In this document: positions 14,759 to 29,559 of the stretch, piece after piece | Position numbering within the stretch: the first letter of the stretch is position 1 | Layout: every line of letters starts with the position of its first letter | Source of the DNA: the human T2T-CHM13v2.0 reference genome, Homo sapiens | Length of the DNA stretch: 64,000 nucleotides | Reading direction: 5' to 3' (one strand) | Assembly: GCF_009914755.1 (NCBI RefSeq) | Contig: NC_060926.1 | Made by a program: the position numbers and the translations under genes | The notes under the pieces: model-generated | What the model saw: the letters and a program-made list of their open reading frames with translations, nothing else | Database searches by the model: none | Told to the model about the DNA's origin: nothing

Positions 14759-15589
14759 CCCAGTTTATTCCATTCCTTCAGAGGAGGTTCTTGGACAATA
14801 CAGAAGTGACTGCCTGAGAAGTCCAGAAACTCTTCCAGAAAAATGACCATCACCTCTTCATATTTTCATCAGCTGTAGAACTGACCCATAGGCTGCCATT
14901 GTTACCACAGCTTCCAGGTATGACATCCAAGCAGGAAGCAGCTCCACGTGTGGTAAGCTCTTGGCAGCTCAGGTGCCTAGAAGGTATCTCAGCACACATT
15001 CTGCCCAATGTACATGATTTATACTACTTAGTAACAATCTTTTTGGAAACCAAAATTATCAGATGCATACAGAAGGCAGGTCACAAAATGAAGTAGTTAC
15101 TTTCAGTTTTCTCAGAAGCATTCTCTGTATTCTCATTGTTAATTCTGGGACCCAGGGGATGATCTTGAAGTTCATGAGATAATTTTTAGTTCTCTTACAA
15201 CCTCTTGTGTCATTCATATTTCTAGCCCAGTCTCATAAGTCTAGATTTGGGCTAATTTAGAACATACATCAACCATTATAGTATCATATAGAGTAGTTTC
15301 AATGGGCATTTTACTTTTGGAGATGCTAAGCTATTTGAATTTATATATTCTAGAAGGTCTGCATTCTATCAACGAGCTTTACAGTGCTTTAGAAGAGAAA
15401 AAAAACTGTTGGAGAAGTGTCAGATATATTCTAAAGCAATTAGTGAGAAGCAAACCAAAAATTTTTAAGCCATTAGTTTTTCATGTGAGCTAATCTGTTT
15501 TAGGATATTTTGAAACATGTCTAGAAATGAGAAAAGGGTATTCCCGTTTCCTGGCTTGAGTGAGTACCATGTCATGTACTGTTAGAAAT

Positions 15590-15934
15590 TGCTATGATCT
15601 GAATGTTTGTGCCTCCATCCCCAATTCATATATGAAAATCTAGTCACCAAGGTGATGGTCTTAGGGGATGGGGCCTTTGGGAGGCAGAGCCATTATGAAT
15701 GAGATTAGTCTACTTATAAATGAGTCCTCAGAAAGCTGCCTTGCCCCTTCTACCATGCAAGGACACAGTGAGAAGTTTCCATTTATTAGAAACAGGCACT
15801 CACCAGGCACCAAATCTGCCAGTGCCTTGATCATGGACTTCTTAGGATCCAAAACTGCAAAAATTAAATTTCTGTTGGTTATAAGCTACCTAGGTTATGA
15901 TATCTTGTTATAGCAACCCAAACAGATGAAGACA
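15590..15934 (+). mobile_element. MLT1A-type MaLR solo LTR
   Basis: tgctatgatctgaatgtttgtg...gttatagcaacccaaacagatgaagaca; perfect 5-bp TSD gaaat at 15585-15589 and 15935-15939. Confidence 0.9.
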
Positions 15935-16079
15935 GAAATGTCAGCTTATTTAACTCAATAATTGTTAGTGTGTATGTATGGTGTGTGTATGTGTGTGTGT
16001 GTATATATATATCTTTTACCTTAGATATACTACTAGTACATACTGAAATTACTAAGGCAAGCTGTATGCATCCAAGATC

Positions 16080-16920
16080 CCTGCCCCCTTCTGTTAAATT
16101 TGAGCTAAATTTACATGCAATAAAATGCCAAAATATTAAGAGTACAATAAAAAAAAAGGTTTGAGAAATATATCCATGCAACTACCACTAGTTTCCTCAT
16201 TTGTAAAATGGGGACATTAATAGTACATATACCAAAATATAGAATATTTCATCACCCTAGAATATTTCCTTTTTTTCCAGCCAATTCTCCCTCTTCCTGC
16301 TAAACCTGCCAGAAAAAAAAAATACTGTTTTCATTTTTGTCACCATAGCTTTTATTTGCCTGCACTGAACATTTAAATGGAATCATACAAGATATATGAC
16401 TGTTTCTGGCTTCTTTTACTCAACATGTTTTTGAGCTTTATATGGGTTGAGATATATGTGTGTGTGTACATATATATGCTGTATATGTGTGTGTATATAT
16501 ATATATATGATAATTTTTTTTATTGTTGAATGTTATTCTTTTGTATGCCTATACCAAAATGTATGTATCCATTGAATTGCTGATGGGCTTTTTTGGCTAT
16601 TATGCTTTAAATCTATTGATCCATATTACAAACTTGCCTGGCTGAAGGGTTGTCTCAGTTTGTACTCCCTAACCCACCTACCTCCTTCCCTGCCAGCAAT
16701 GTTAGAGAAGATGTTTCAGTCACAGATCACCTGCACAGGCAGAATCACTTTTAAATTATGTTCCAATTTGATGATCAACAAATGGCGTCTCATTTCAAAT
16801 TGCATTTTTAATATTGAGCTTAATTTTTAAGAGTTTACAGATCAAATCATTTTCTTTTCTTTTTTGTCAACTATCAGTCCATGCCATTTGCCTGTTTTTT
16901 TATTGGTATGTTTTATCATT
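16080..16920 (-). mobile_element. Old L1M (ME-type) 3' fragments with a short MIR piece near 16190-16230
   Basis: tagaatatttcatcaccctagaa, aaatggaatcatacaa, tggcttcttttactcaacatg; agtttcctcatttgtaaaatgggg is the MIR core. Confidence 0.6.
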
Positions 16921-16940
16921 TAAAATTTTATCTGCAAGAG

Positions 16941-17055
16941 GTATATATATATATATATGTCTGTATATATGTGTATATATGTGTATATATATATCTGTAT
17001 ACATGTATATATATCTGTATATACATGTATATATATCTGTGTATATATATGTATG

Positions 17056-17101
<46 letters not shown>

Positions 17102-17110
17102 CACACACAT
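16941..17110. repeat. ~170 bp compound (TA/TG/CA) microsatellite
   Basis: Read directly; it produces the low-complexity Y/I/C/V/H/T ORFs in five frames. Confidence 0.95.
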
Positions 17111-17409
17111 TAAGGATTTAGGGCTTCTTCACCCAAACTGCTCTCCAATACCCAAAAGCATAATACCCCTCCTTGTATTGTCCCTAAAGGGGGGTATTAT
17201 TATTGTCACACTTATTTTATAGATTAAAAAACCTTGGACACAAAGAAGTTAAGCATTTTGCAAAATGTCAGTATCAAATAAGTGATAGAGGTTGAAGAGT
17301 TGCTTTTAACCCATTTACGATCCTACCTTTCTGTTCAAAGAAGCTTTTTGCAATGACCATAATCATAACTACCTCCTCAGGTTGTTTCAGTTATTAAACA
17401 AATTAATAA

Positions 17410-17660
17410 ATGTGATGATAATAACAATAGACACTGTGCTAGATACTGTTCTAGGTACCCTCTATATATTATCACATTTAATATTCACAACAATCCCATG
17501 AGATAGAAAGTACAATCTATCATCCACAATTTATCAATGAGAAAGGTGAAGTATAGAGAAGTTAACTATCTTGCCAATAGTATATGGCTAATGAGTGACA
17601 GAGCTGAAATTTGATCCTAGATAGCATGGCTTTAGAGTCTGTTCTCTTAAATAGTATGTT
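17410..17660 (-). mobile_element. MIR SINE (a second MIR fragment lies near 17200-17300)
   Basis: cactgtgctag...cacatttaatattcacaacaatcccatgag...gagaagttaactatcttgcc...gagctgaaatttgatcctag. Confidence 0.75.
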
Positions 17661-17929
17661 AGCAGCTGAGAATAGCTCCTCGCAAATAGTAAGTCCTAAA
17701 TTGTTGTGAACCAATGTCATTATTAAAGGACATTTGTTGGATTATAAAAATAAAGCTTATTTTTCCCCCCAAGGAGGTCCAAGATTTTGAGGTTGCTTCT
17801 TTCTTTTCATGCATATGGCTGCAATAGTGAGACAGATTCCTGATACTAAGGAGGGGGCTTTGGAAGACACAAGTGTATAACTCTTTTATTTTAAACTTTG
17901 AGGCTCCTAGAATGTGTCTGATACAATTG

Positions 17930-18260
17930 AGTCTTGATACAATTAAGCTGTATAACAAACAGCTTCAAAATCTCAGATACTTAAAATGGCAAATATTTAT
18001 TTTCCCTATTTACAGATCTGTGTATAAGCTGTCAATCTGCTATGCTGGTCTCCAGAAATCTAGTCAGATTCAAATCTGCTCCATGTGTTTCATCATTCTG
18101 GAACCTGGGACCTGGAAGTGCTCTTCTTATGAAGATCACAGGAAAGCAGATGAGTAAACCAAACTGTGCAAGCACATTTAAGCCCTGTGCTGCATCATGT
18201 TTGCTAATACTCAATTCAATATTATTGAAAATGAATAAGGAAACAAGATGACAGAATAAG
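17930..18260 (-). mobile_element. Old MLT1 MaLR LTR fragment
   Basis: agctgtataacaaacagcttcaaaatctcag...atctgctccatgtgtttcatcattctggaacc...gcacatttaagccc. Confidence 0.6.
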
Positions 18261-18509
18261 ATTTGAATGTTTGGAATCTTGGGATCTGACCGAAATGCTT
18301 TAACAAAATTAGCTATTTTACTGAAGTGGTGATAATTTTTGTCAGATATATGCAAATATTTTCTCAAAGGTTTTTTTTTAATAGTTTTTAACTATCATTC
18401 ATAACATTTTAGCTTTTCTGAAGATCTTAATTTTTATGTAGGTTAAATGACTTTTTTTTTCTTTTATGGTTTGTGCATTTGGGTTGTTGCATATACAGAC
18501 TATGCCATA

Positions 18510-18720
18510 AAACCCAAGCCAGATATTAATATTCCTTTGCTCAAAACTTTTTCATGCTTCCCACATCCCTCAGAGTAAAAATGTAATTCCTCTCAAAGGC
18601 CAGCAAAGCCCTTCATAGTCTGTTCCCTACTCACCCTCCATAACTCTCTGTCCTCATTTTCTACTTCCTAATTTCTAAGCTCCCTCTAGACTACCCTCCT
18701 CATTATACTTCAGATATACC
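18510..18720 (+). mobile_element. L2 LINE fragment
   Basis: ctttgctcaaaact...gcttcccacatccctcagagtaaaa...aaagcccttcatagtctg. Confidence 0.55.
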
Positions 18721-19045
18721 TAGCGTCAACATACAATTTTCTAAGTTAAAAACAAGACTCCAATACAAATATGTAGTGAGCACATTCTAATTATTATTTA
18801 GTCATTATTGAAGGAACCATTAGAATGGTAAAGCTGATTAAAAGGAGGCTAGGTGATTAGTATAAAGAGTCATAAAAAAAAGAATGCTGGAATAAAATGG
18901 CAGAATTCGATACCAAACTGGTCAATATCCTCAAGTGCAATGATATTGTAACACACATATCTTTTTCTAAAAAAAAAATTAATCTGTCTATTTGGGTACC
19001 AGAAACATGCTATTTTTGTACTTGTGATAATAAGCTCTCATACTT

Positions 19046-20770
<1,725 letters not shown>

Positions 20771-21068
20771 TAAGTTCTCGTACTTAACTCCATTATTTAT
20801 CTTCTAAAAAACACTCTTGGAGACTCTCACCTTTTTATCTATAGAGCTTGCCATTTTAATTTTTCAGCATAGTCCTTATAATGATTTTTTTTTCTCATAT
20901 CTCTTAAACATCTCCTTTAACCTCTATCTCATTCCAATTCACCATAAGTTAAAGTCTTAACAATTGTAATCCATGCCACAAGTCATCAGTCTTTACTTAC
21001 CAACAAAATGGGGTCCCTATTGGCATCTGACTGGAGAGTGATCTAAATCAGAATCCCATTCTGGGGGT

Positions 21069-21110
21069 CTGCTTCCTAGGACTGCTTTCTAGGACTACTT
21101 CCTAGGAAGT
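21069..21110. repeat. 3 x 13-bp tandem repeat ending in a 14-bp palindrome
   Basis: ctgcttcctagga / ctgctttctagga / ctacttcctagga; acttcctaggaagt (21097-21110) is self-complementary. Confidence 0.9.
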
Positions 21111-21460
21111 TGTATTACATTTGGTTTCTCAGACATAGACCCCAAGACAAAACATTTGTGTAAAAATATATATATTTAGGAAGCATGCCCAAGTAAAGTC
21201 AATAGGGGAGTGAGACAGACTGGGAAGGGATGGAGAACAAGCAGGGGTGCAGTATTTAGATAATTTTTGTAGAGAGTGAATTCAGTGTTGACCTGTAATG
21301 GAGCTCTGGAAAAAGGGTAGGTAATGCCTTCTCACACTTGTCAGTCATGGGTTAAGGACTGCACTGGAGGAGATACTCCTGACTTTCCATTCACACAGCT
21401 AAAGTAGGATTCAACAGCCTGAGTGTGGTCCTCTAACGAAGAGACACTGGTGTTAGCTTC
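21111..21460. mobile_element. ERVL LTR33-like LTR
   Basis: gacatagaccccaagacaaaacatttgtgt...taggggagtgagacagactgggaaggg...tcagtcatgggttaaggactgc. Confidence 0.6.
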
Positions 21461-21910
21461 TTTTATTTTGATTTTTCTCTTGACCTTTCTCAGCCTTCCC
21501 GCTTTTAATTAGCATTCTACTGTTAACTTAATCAGTAAGGATCTGTTGCATGTCTGCTATGTGTCTAACACTAATTAAAAATGCTTATTAGGTTAGCATT
21601 CTAAATCCAGTCGTTTACTATGAACATCAAATTTTCCAAATCAAAGTCAGGAGTATCCTCTCCAATGCAGCCCTTATCAAAATAAAAGAAAGGATGGTTG
21701 CTTAGGAAAAGTACTACGTATATTCAGTTTTGGACTGCATTGAAAGGGAAAGGGAGAAAATATTTGAGCACTTATGAAGTTCTTACATATACTGTTATTG
21801 AATCCTAAAAATAATCTCATAAGCTAAACAACATTGCCTGCATTCTGTATCAGATAACTGATCTGTGGCTTAGACAGGCTGGGCAATTTTTACAGGGCTA
21901 AGATATTTGG

Positions 21911-22371
21911 TGACAAAGACTCTCTCCTTGACGAAACTTTACTAAGGCTACTTTGAGTTTCTCCACTAGGCTTCAAACTTGGCCCCTGTCCTTTCTGGGC
22001 CTGCATAGTCACCTTGTTGCAAGAATCCTGGTAAGTCTGTTTTCGGAGGATTTCTCACTTTCGCTATCTTATCACACTTGATATCCAATTGAATTCCTTA
22101 TCCCCCACCCTTTGTATCTGATCACACTGACCTGCAGTTAGCAAGAATCCTATGAAGTCAGATCAGCCAGAATCCCCTACACTTGATGTCTCCTGAAAAT
22201 GTTCTGTCAACTGAAACCCCATTCTGTTTACTGACTATAAACCCCTGCTGTCTTTGCTGTATTTGGAGCTGAGCCCAATTTCTCTCCCCAGTTGCAATAG
22301 TTTCAACACCTATTGCAATAGTCCTGAATAAAGTCTCCCTTACAAGAGTCAGAATAAGTTTTTCTTTAACA
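21911..22371 (+). mobile_element. MER31-type ERV1 solo LTR, inserted in a MIR
   Basis: tgacaaagactctctccttgac start, aataaa at 22327, ttctttaaca end. Confidence 0.8.
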
Positions 22372-23714
22372 GTTGCTGTCATCAGTATGAGCACTAAAAT
22401 TTTCCACTGTGATAGCAGTCTCAGGAGATGAAAAGAAGCCTGAATAAAAGCCGATGATGTGCACATATATCTTCAGCGTTTATAAGTTTATGCAAAAGTA
22501 AGGTCTAGGGATCTCTTATAATAGAATGCTTCAGCCTTTCCAATATCCCTTATTTTTCAGAGTTTTGTGTCAAAAATATTCAGGTGTCAGCTTTTGTAAC
22601 TTCCTGGACCTCTGTTACCATCTTTCCTCCATTTGTCCATTTCCTCCTGCCTGTGAGCACCAGTAGTTCTTCTGCCCATCACCTCCTTTTCTTTTGAGAC
22701 CATTAACCTCTTGTAAGCCACCACCATGACCAGTATTCTGTCCTCAGAATGTGGTGACTCTGGCTTTTATCTCCCTTCCAGGTAGCCTCTATTCCTACAA
22801 GACAGTTTGAGGTAAGGTTGTAATCTTTAATGAGACTTTAATGAAAATTCGAAATAACACATAGGTATAAAAAACAAAAGGAATAATGAACACCTGCAAT
22901 TAGCACCTCTTTAAGTCTCAAATTGCATGATGGTACTCTGGCACTTATAATATGCTTTCTTTCCTCATCGTAGGGCTTTTCCCCCCAAATGCCAACTTGT
23001 CTCCATGTCATCCATGATAGTTTACCTCTATCAAAGACTGAGGATTTCAGCATGTTTTATTATTCTGAATCCAGGCCCAACAAGATAGAGATATCAGAAC
23101 CAAGAACTCCAGCCTCAATACATTTCTCGAAGTCTGCAATAGTTAGCCTTTGTGCCATGCATGGAATATTCCTGGTTTAATTTTACTTTGTCAGTTCTAG
23201 TCCTTTTGTGTTAACCTTCTCTCCAGGAAAGTGTAGACAAGCTTGTATGTCTTTCCTTTAGTCTTCTCAGTCTCCCTTTTATTTTTCTGCAATGAACTAG
23301 TTGAACTAGTCACATAAACATATACATGCATGCATGTGGGCATGTTTCCACACACACAGACCTATAGCTAAAGAAATCTCAGTCTCCCAGCACAGTGCGG
23401 CCTCAACCAGTGGTTTAAAAAGAAACTCTTCTCTAAAGGAAAAATAGTCTGCAGAGTTGCAACTCTGGGTAAAACATCTACAACCATTTAGATCATTGCT
23501 CAGAGCAGTTGCACTTCTTCTAGACAGCATTCAAACATCTTTTCTGATGCTAATCTCTGCCTTACATTTGCATAACTGAAAGGCCTATCAGGAATGTGTT
23601 TTTCTGAACACTGTTTGCCCTACAGTTGTTTTCAAGTTTTCACTCCTTTGAAAGCTATGAAATGGCTCTAAAACATGTTTTTCCTACTGCTTCATTCTAG
23701 ATTACAAATATATT

Positions 23715-23925
23715 TTTAAAACGTTTGATTTTAAACTAATTTTAGTACACAGAGCTTCCTTACATCCCTCACATCACATCCACTAACGTCACCATCTTAC
23801 ATAACCACAGTATAATGATCAGAACCAGAAAATTAACTGTTGCACAATATTGTTAACTAAACTACAGGATTTATCTGAATTTCCACAATTTTGCTATTAA
23901 AGTTCTTTTTCTATTTCAGGGTCAT
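23715..23925 (-). mobile_element. L1MC-type 3' fragment
   Basis: catcttacataaccacagtataatgatcagaaccagaaaattaac...ttaactaaactacag. Confidence 0.6.
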
Positions 23926-24171
23926 CCAATGTCAATTTTCAGTCAGAGTTCATACTCACTAACCACTTAGGTCATCTTCTTTTAACATCTCTAGAAAAAC
24001 AATGCTCTTTTTAAGCACATACCTGAAATGGAAACCGAGCCCTGGGATGACAGTTCTCTTCTGGTTTCCAGATGGAGCAGTAATCCTCCAATTAGTGATA
24101 GCACTGTGTGTGGCAAAAGTGAATCTGTCTCCCTGCTGAAACTGGAAGTGAAAGTAGATGAAAGTAGAGAG

Positions 24172-24570
24172 CATTTCTTAGGTTGAATTCAGTAGACTCT
24201 AAGATGAAAATCTGTGAACATTATCAATAGTAATATTCCCAGGAAATGCTCGCAGGGAACTGGGACCAGGAATGCCCAAAGGTAAGAGGCCAACCAAGGG
24301 TGCCATATTGAACAAAATTACCCCGACTTAATTCTGTGAGGGAGCTCCACAAATAGTGGAGCTTGTACCTCAGAATATTTTTGATTAGAGGTACAGGAAG
24401 CTGGAATGTGTGTACCCTTTGCCTTCATCAGTCATTGATTAATAGCTGCTCCTGGAGAGGATCTACATTCTCAAAGTTAGCTCTTGGGACTCTAGGCCAA
24501 GTAGTTCTGGTAGCCAGAGCCCATCTGCCTACAAAGAGTCACAGGTGCTGGCCCTATACATGGAGCCAGT
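24172..24570. mobile_element. ERVL LTR33-like LTR (second, diverged copy)
   Basis: ttcttaggttgaattcagtagactctaagatg...ggaagctggaatgtgtgtaccc...cagtcattgattaatagctgctcc. Confidence 0.55.
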
Positions 24571-24589
24571 GTAGAAGAAAATGCTTTTG

Positions 24590-25790
24590 GAACTGGATCC
24601 TCATCTCTCACCTATACAAAAATCAACTCAAGATGGATCAAAGACTTAAATCTAAGACTTGAAATTGTAAAGACTCTAGAAGAAAAACTCTTCAAGACAT
24701 TGGCTTAGGCAAAGACTTGATGACCAAGATCTAAAAAGCAAATGCAACAAAAACAAAGATAAATAAATGGGACTTAATTAAACTAAAAAGCTTCTACACA
24801 GCAAGAGAAATAATCAGCAGAGTTAACAGACAACCCACAGAGTGGGAGAAAATTTTCACAATCTGTACATCCAACAGAGGACTAATATCCAGATTCTACA
24901 AAAAGCTCAAAAAAATCAGCAAGAAAAAACAATCCCATCAAAAAGTTAGCTAAGGACATGAATAGATAATTCTCAAAAGAAGATATACAAATAGGCAGTA
25001 AGCATATGGAAAAATCCTCAACATCACTAAGTATCAGGGAAATGCAAATCAAAACCATAATGTGATACTACCTCACTCCTGAAAGAATGGTCATAATAAA
25101 AAAATAATAATAATAATAGATGTTGTCATGGGTGCAGTGAAAAGGGAACACTTTTATACTGTTAGTGGGAATGTAAACTAGTACAATCACTATGGAAAAC
25201 TGTGGAAATTCCTTAAAGAACTAAAAGTAGATCTACCATTTGATCCAGCAATCCCACTACTAGGTATCTACTCAGGGGAAAAGAAGTCATTATACGAAAA
25301 TGATACTTGCACATGCATGTTTATAGCAGCACAATTTGCAATTGCAAAAATACAGAACCAGCCCAAATGCCCATCAGTCAATGAGTGGATATAGAAAGTT
25401 TGTGTGTGGCGGGGTGGGTATATACTCAGCCATAAAAAGGAATGAAATAATGGCATTCACAGCAACCTGGATGGAATTAGAGGCTATTATTCTAAGTGAA
25501 GTAACTCAGGAATGGAAAACCAAACAGTGTATGTTCTCACTCATATATTGGAGCTAAGCTATGAGGACACAAATGCACAAGATTAGACTTTGGGGACTTG
25601 AAGGAAAGGGTGGGGGGCAGTGAGGGATAAAATACTACATATTGTGTACAGTGTACACTGCTTGGGTGATGGGTGCACCAAACTCTCAGAAATCACCACT
25701 AAAGAACTTATTCATGTAACCAAACACCACCTGTTCCCCAAAAACCTATGGAAATAAAAAATAAAAAATTAAAATATAAAATAAAATTAA
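24590..25790 (+). mobile_element. 5'-truncated L1PB-type LINE-1
   Basis: aactggatcctcatctctcacctatacaaaaatcaactcaagatgg...aaatcaccactaaagaacttattcatgtaaccaaacaccacctgttccccaaaaacctatggaaat plus A-rich tail. Confidence 0.88.
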
Positions 25791-28439
25791 TATAGCTACC
25801 ATAAAAAGATAAACAATAACTAGTCATCAAGCAAGAGTACTTGATGCCACCATTGTATACACATGGTCCATTCTCACTTTACCTGGTAATTGGAGTGACC
25901 ATCTATATTAGTTCATTGACCCTATCCAGAGGTAAATACAAAAAGCAAACTCCTATATTTATGACATGAGGTAATTTTACAAGTTAGAACAAGGAACTTA
26001 CTGAAGTTAGTCTCCTACTTTCCCAGAGAAACTGGGAAAAAGTGTAGTATCTCGTTTGGTATTTACATTTCAATAAGATGGCTTCCATGTTCTTCAGAAA
26101 GATTTTCTTGGATATAAAGGTGACAATAAAACTTATCTAGTTTTCAAGAGGATTAACTGCAGACAGCACTAACAACATTTTCTAAACTAAATACTCTAAA
26201 AAGAAAAGCTAGGGAGGGAGGTTTGGAGGTGTTTCCTCTCTTATTTTTAATAGGGAGAATTAAGTCTCTTATTTTTTATGTTAATTTTTATTTTTTCTTA
26301 CAAAATTCATAAGACTTATTGGCTCCAGAATCTCAGTTTATATATTCTTTCAGTCTATAACATACACACACACACACACACGGGCGCACATGGACGTAGT
26401 CTTCTAGACATCATTATAAGCTATCAAAACTTAAAGTGGATTAATAAATATACCTTTTAAAAATCAGTAATTAATTTGTGATATCATTAGTGAAGATGCT
26501 ATAACAACTATATTTTTAAATACACATTTTCAGCATTTAACTCATAAAGGAAATTGCATAATATATGTCTGATAGACCCAGTTATATGAAAATTGTTAAC
26601 AACAACAACAAAAAGAATCTGAAAGCATGAGTTCAGAGTTAAGGGATGTACATTGAACTCTTGTGGGACAGGAAAAATCATAGGTTCTATATATTTTCAA
26701 GGCACTGTCAATTTTGTAGGGAAAATATATTCAATGAACATAAAGAATGTTTGCTAGAGTGGTGGAAAAGTTCATTTTCCCTGACATACTGAAAACCAGA
26801 TATATTACAGAGATAAAAATGGAATTTAGCAAGCAATAAGATATGGGCATTTGTGACTGCAGTCAAAATTCCACTGGCTTTAACCATTTAAGATTTATCC
26901 CACCTATTTCATGACATTAAGTTTTTAATGAATACTTGGAAAGGGAAAAAAGGCTAGAGCATAGCATAAGATCAACTATGTCAACAGCATTCTCGGTTAC
27001 CTGGAATGATTGTGAAAGGGGTTGTTTGATATCCTTTCCACTTGCCTTCCTAGCAGTTGCTCTAATTTACTGTATTTATAGATACCCATATCAGCCACAT
27101 TTAGGCATTTGTTCTTGGCAAGGGAAAAAACGTTAAATGCATTCAGGCTGCAGAAAAAGTTGGTTGAGCATCAGTCTCCTTTTGATTCTGAAGAACATAG
27201 AGTTATGGAATGAAAAACTAGACAATAACTTAGAGATCAGAGTGCCCCTCTCCTCACTTAACAAATGAGGAACTTGAGAGAGAAGGCAAAGTGACTTGCA
27301 CAGGCTCATGTGGACACTTTAATTTGTATTACGGCTAACAAAGATCACCATACGGGCTTAATAACTTTAAGCAACTTAATAACATATGTTGCTTAATAAC
27401 TTTGCCCAAGTTAACTTCCCTAATTCTTAAACTATAATTCTATAATGCAAGTTTGCTATTTTTATTGCCCTTCCATATCAGTAGATAGCAAGTTAAAAAT
27501 CTATGTTTTTAAATTTTCAACCCTCTTTTGTACACTGACCCCGTGGCTCCAGGCTTCATACTGGCACAAGGTTCTCCTCCTCTCCTGTGCTATCCACTGC
27601 CCGCCAAGGTTTGTTCAAGCTACATCCAGTCCCATAACTTCCAGGACAGCATTTACTCTGCATCTATACCTTGCTTTTATCCACTTTCAGAAACGAAAAG
27701 TGATATGGGATCATTGATTTTGGAACATTGCACATTATATATTCTCACTCATCCATTTCTACTAAAAAGTTTTCTAAATGCATTCCTTATTTTCTTACCT
27801 TAATAAGTCAAGTTTACACAATAGTATAATTTTTCATGACTAGTAAGATAACACATAAATGTGGTTGTATTATTTACTTAAGACAACTATTCAAAATACC
27901 TCTCTGTTATGAACCTATAAGTTACAGGATAAAAGATGTGCAGCAATCCAGGACTTTGAAATTTTGACTAAAACTGCCATTATCTTCATTTTCTGTCTTC
28001 ATTTTATGCGATAAATTGTAAGAAACTTTATGATCCCCAAATATTCTGTCTGATAACAGCAGTAAATTTTTGAAGCAGAAGATGAACCATCCTGTTTGTT
28101 TTCGTACCTTCATGAAATATTCTTCCTTTTTATCTCTATCCTTGTTGACGTTTCAGCATGCCTAATTTTTAAAAAAATGTTGTCCAGTAAAAATATACAT
28201 CATATCAACTTACTGGTGGCTTTGGCCCACTTCTTCTATTTTCCTTTCATTACAAATTTTTATTAGCTGTGAAAGAACAGACTTCCCAATTTCAAGAAAA
28301 GTTTGGTAATATATTTTGTAAGACCGCATAAATATATATGCTGCACGTGTACTAGGCTAGAGGTTTTGTGCCCTCAGAATTCCAGGTGTGCCTCACATAA
28401 CTTTTAAATTACAAACTTATAGTAAGATGGAAATTTCTT

Positions 28440-28800
28440 ATAGAAAATGCATGCACATGTTCTTTCTTTTAGAGATTACACTTCTCAGTATCTAACCTAT
28501 AGAAATACACGTGCAAGAACATGTAAACTGCCAATAACTAGTTTACTGCACAAGACCATGTGTACAAGGACGGCCACTGCAGAATTGATTGTAATGGCCA
28601 AAAAAAAAAAAAAAAAAAAAAAGCCAACAAATGTCTAGCAATAAGAAGTATTATAAAATGCAACACTATGCATAGGTAAGAATAACAAGATAAGATCATT
28701 ACATACTAACACAGAATGATTTTCAAAATTTATTGTTAAATGGAAAATAAATTTAAAAAATCCATATAGAATGCTATTATTTGTATAAACACACTTCAGA
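28440..28800 (+). mobile_element. Old L1M 3' fragment with internal poly-A
   Basis: tgtacaaggacggccactgcagaattgattgtaatggc...caaatgtctagcaataaga. Confidence 0.55.
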
Positions 28801-28819
28801 GAACAAAACTATTATATAG

Positions 28820-28845
28820 GTGTGTGTGTTCTCTGTGTATGTGTA

Positions 28846-28893
<48 letters not shown>
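28820..28893. repeat. (TG)n(TA)n microsatellite
   Basis: Read directly. Confidence 0.9.
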
Positions 28894-29559
28894 CTTTGCA
28901 TATTATACTGTGTGTGTAGTCCATTCAATAAATATTTATTGAGTTTCCATCTTGTACAAAGCATTTTTCTAGAATACTATTTGCATGCACAATTAAAGGA
29001 TTTAGAAGTTAGAACTGAGGATAAAATTTGGACATCAATGGCATATAAATGGAATGTAAAGCTGTTAGGATGAAATTACTTGGGAAAAGAATAAAGAAAA
29101 TAGGAACAAGTCTAGAATCATCTAGAATAAAGTGATGGCAGTAGCCTCTCTAAAGAAAGAATGGGTAGGAAGTGGATATGGAGATATTTAGCTTTCTATG
29201 TATGTTTGAATTCCTCTTTTCTCCCTTTGGGACTCTAGTCATTGATTACTTGTGTAAATAAAACTGGATGTTCATATTTTGCATTTATATGAGGGAATAT
29301 AGTATAGCAAGATTAAAATTAGATTTTAAAATGCTTTTGGTGTGTAGCCAGAGTGGAATGTGGGGATGTCAGTAGGAAACAAATATTGATGCTACCTATT
29401 TTCCTGGAAAGCAGATTTCAGAGATCACCCAAACATAATGTGGGTTCCTCTCAGCCTCCTTGAGGAGTACTAAGTAGGGCAAAAGTAGAGCTGTGTTCCT
29501 CTTCTCTTTTCATCTGGACCTGAACACTTTAAATAGGGGCACATAAAGACTTCAAAGAA

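Noticed and set aside
16814-17222. Five overlapping ORFs rich in Y/I/C/V/H/T
   Set aside because: Artefact of a stop-free dinucleotide microsatellite.
21111-24570. Two LTR33-like LTRs as the ends of a provirus
   Set aside because: They are highly diverged from each other and the interval holds MIR, MER31 and L1 pieces, not gag/pol sequence.
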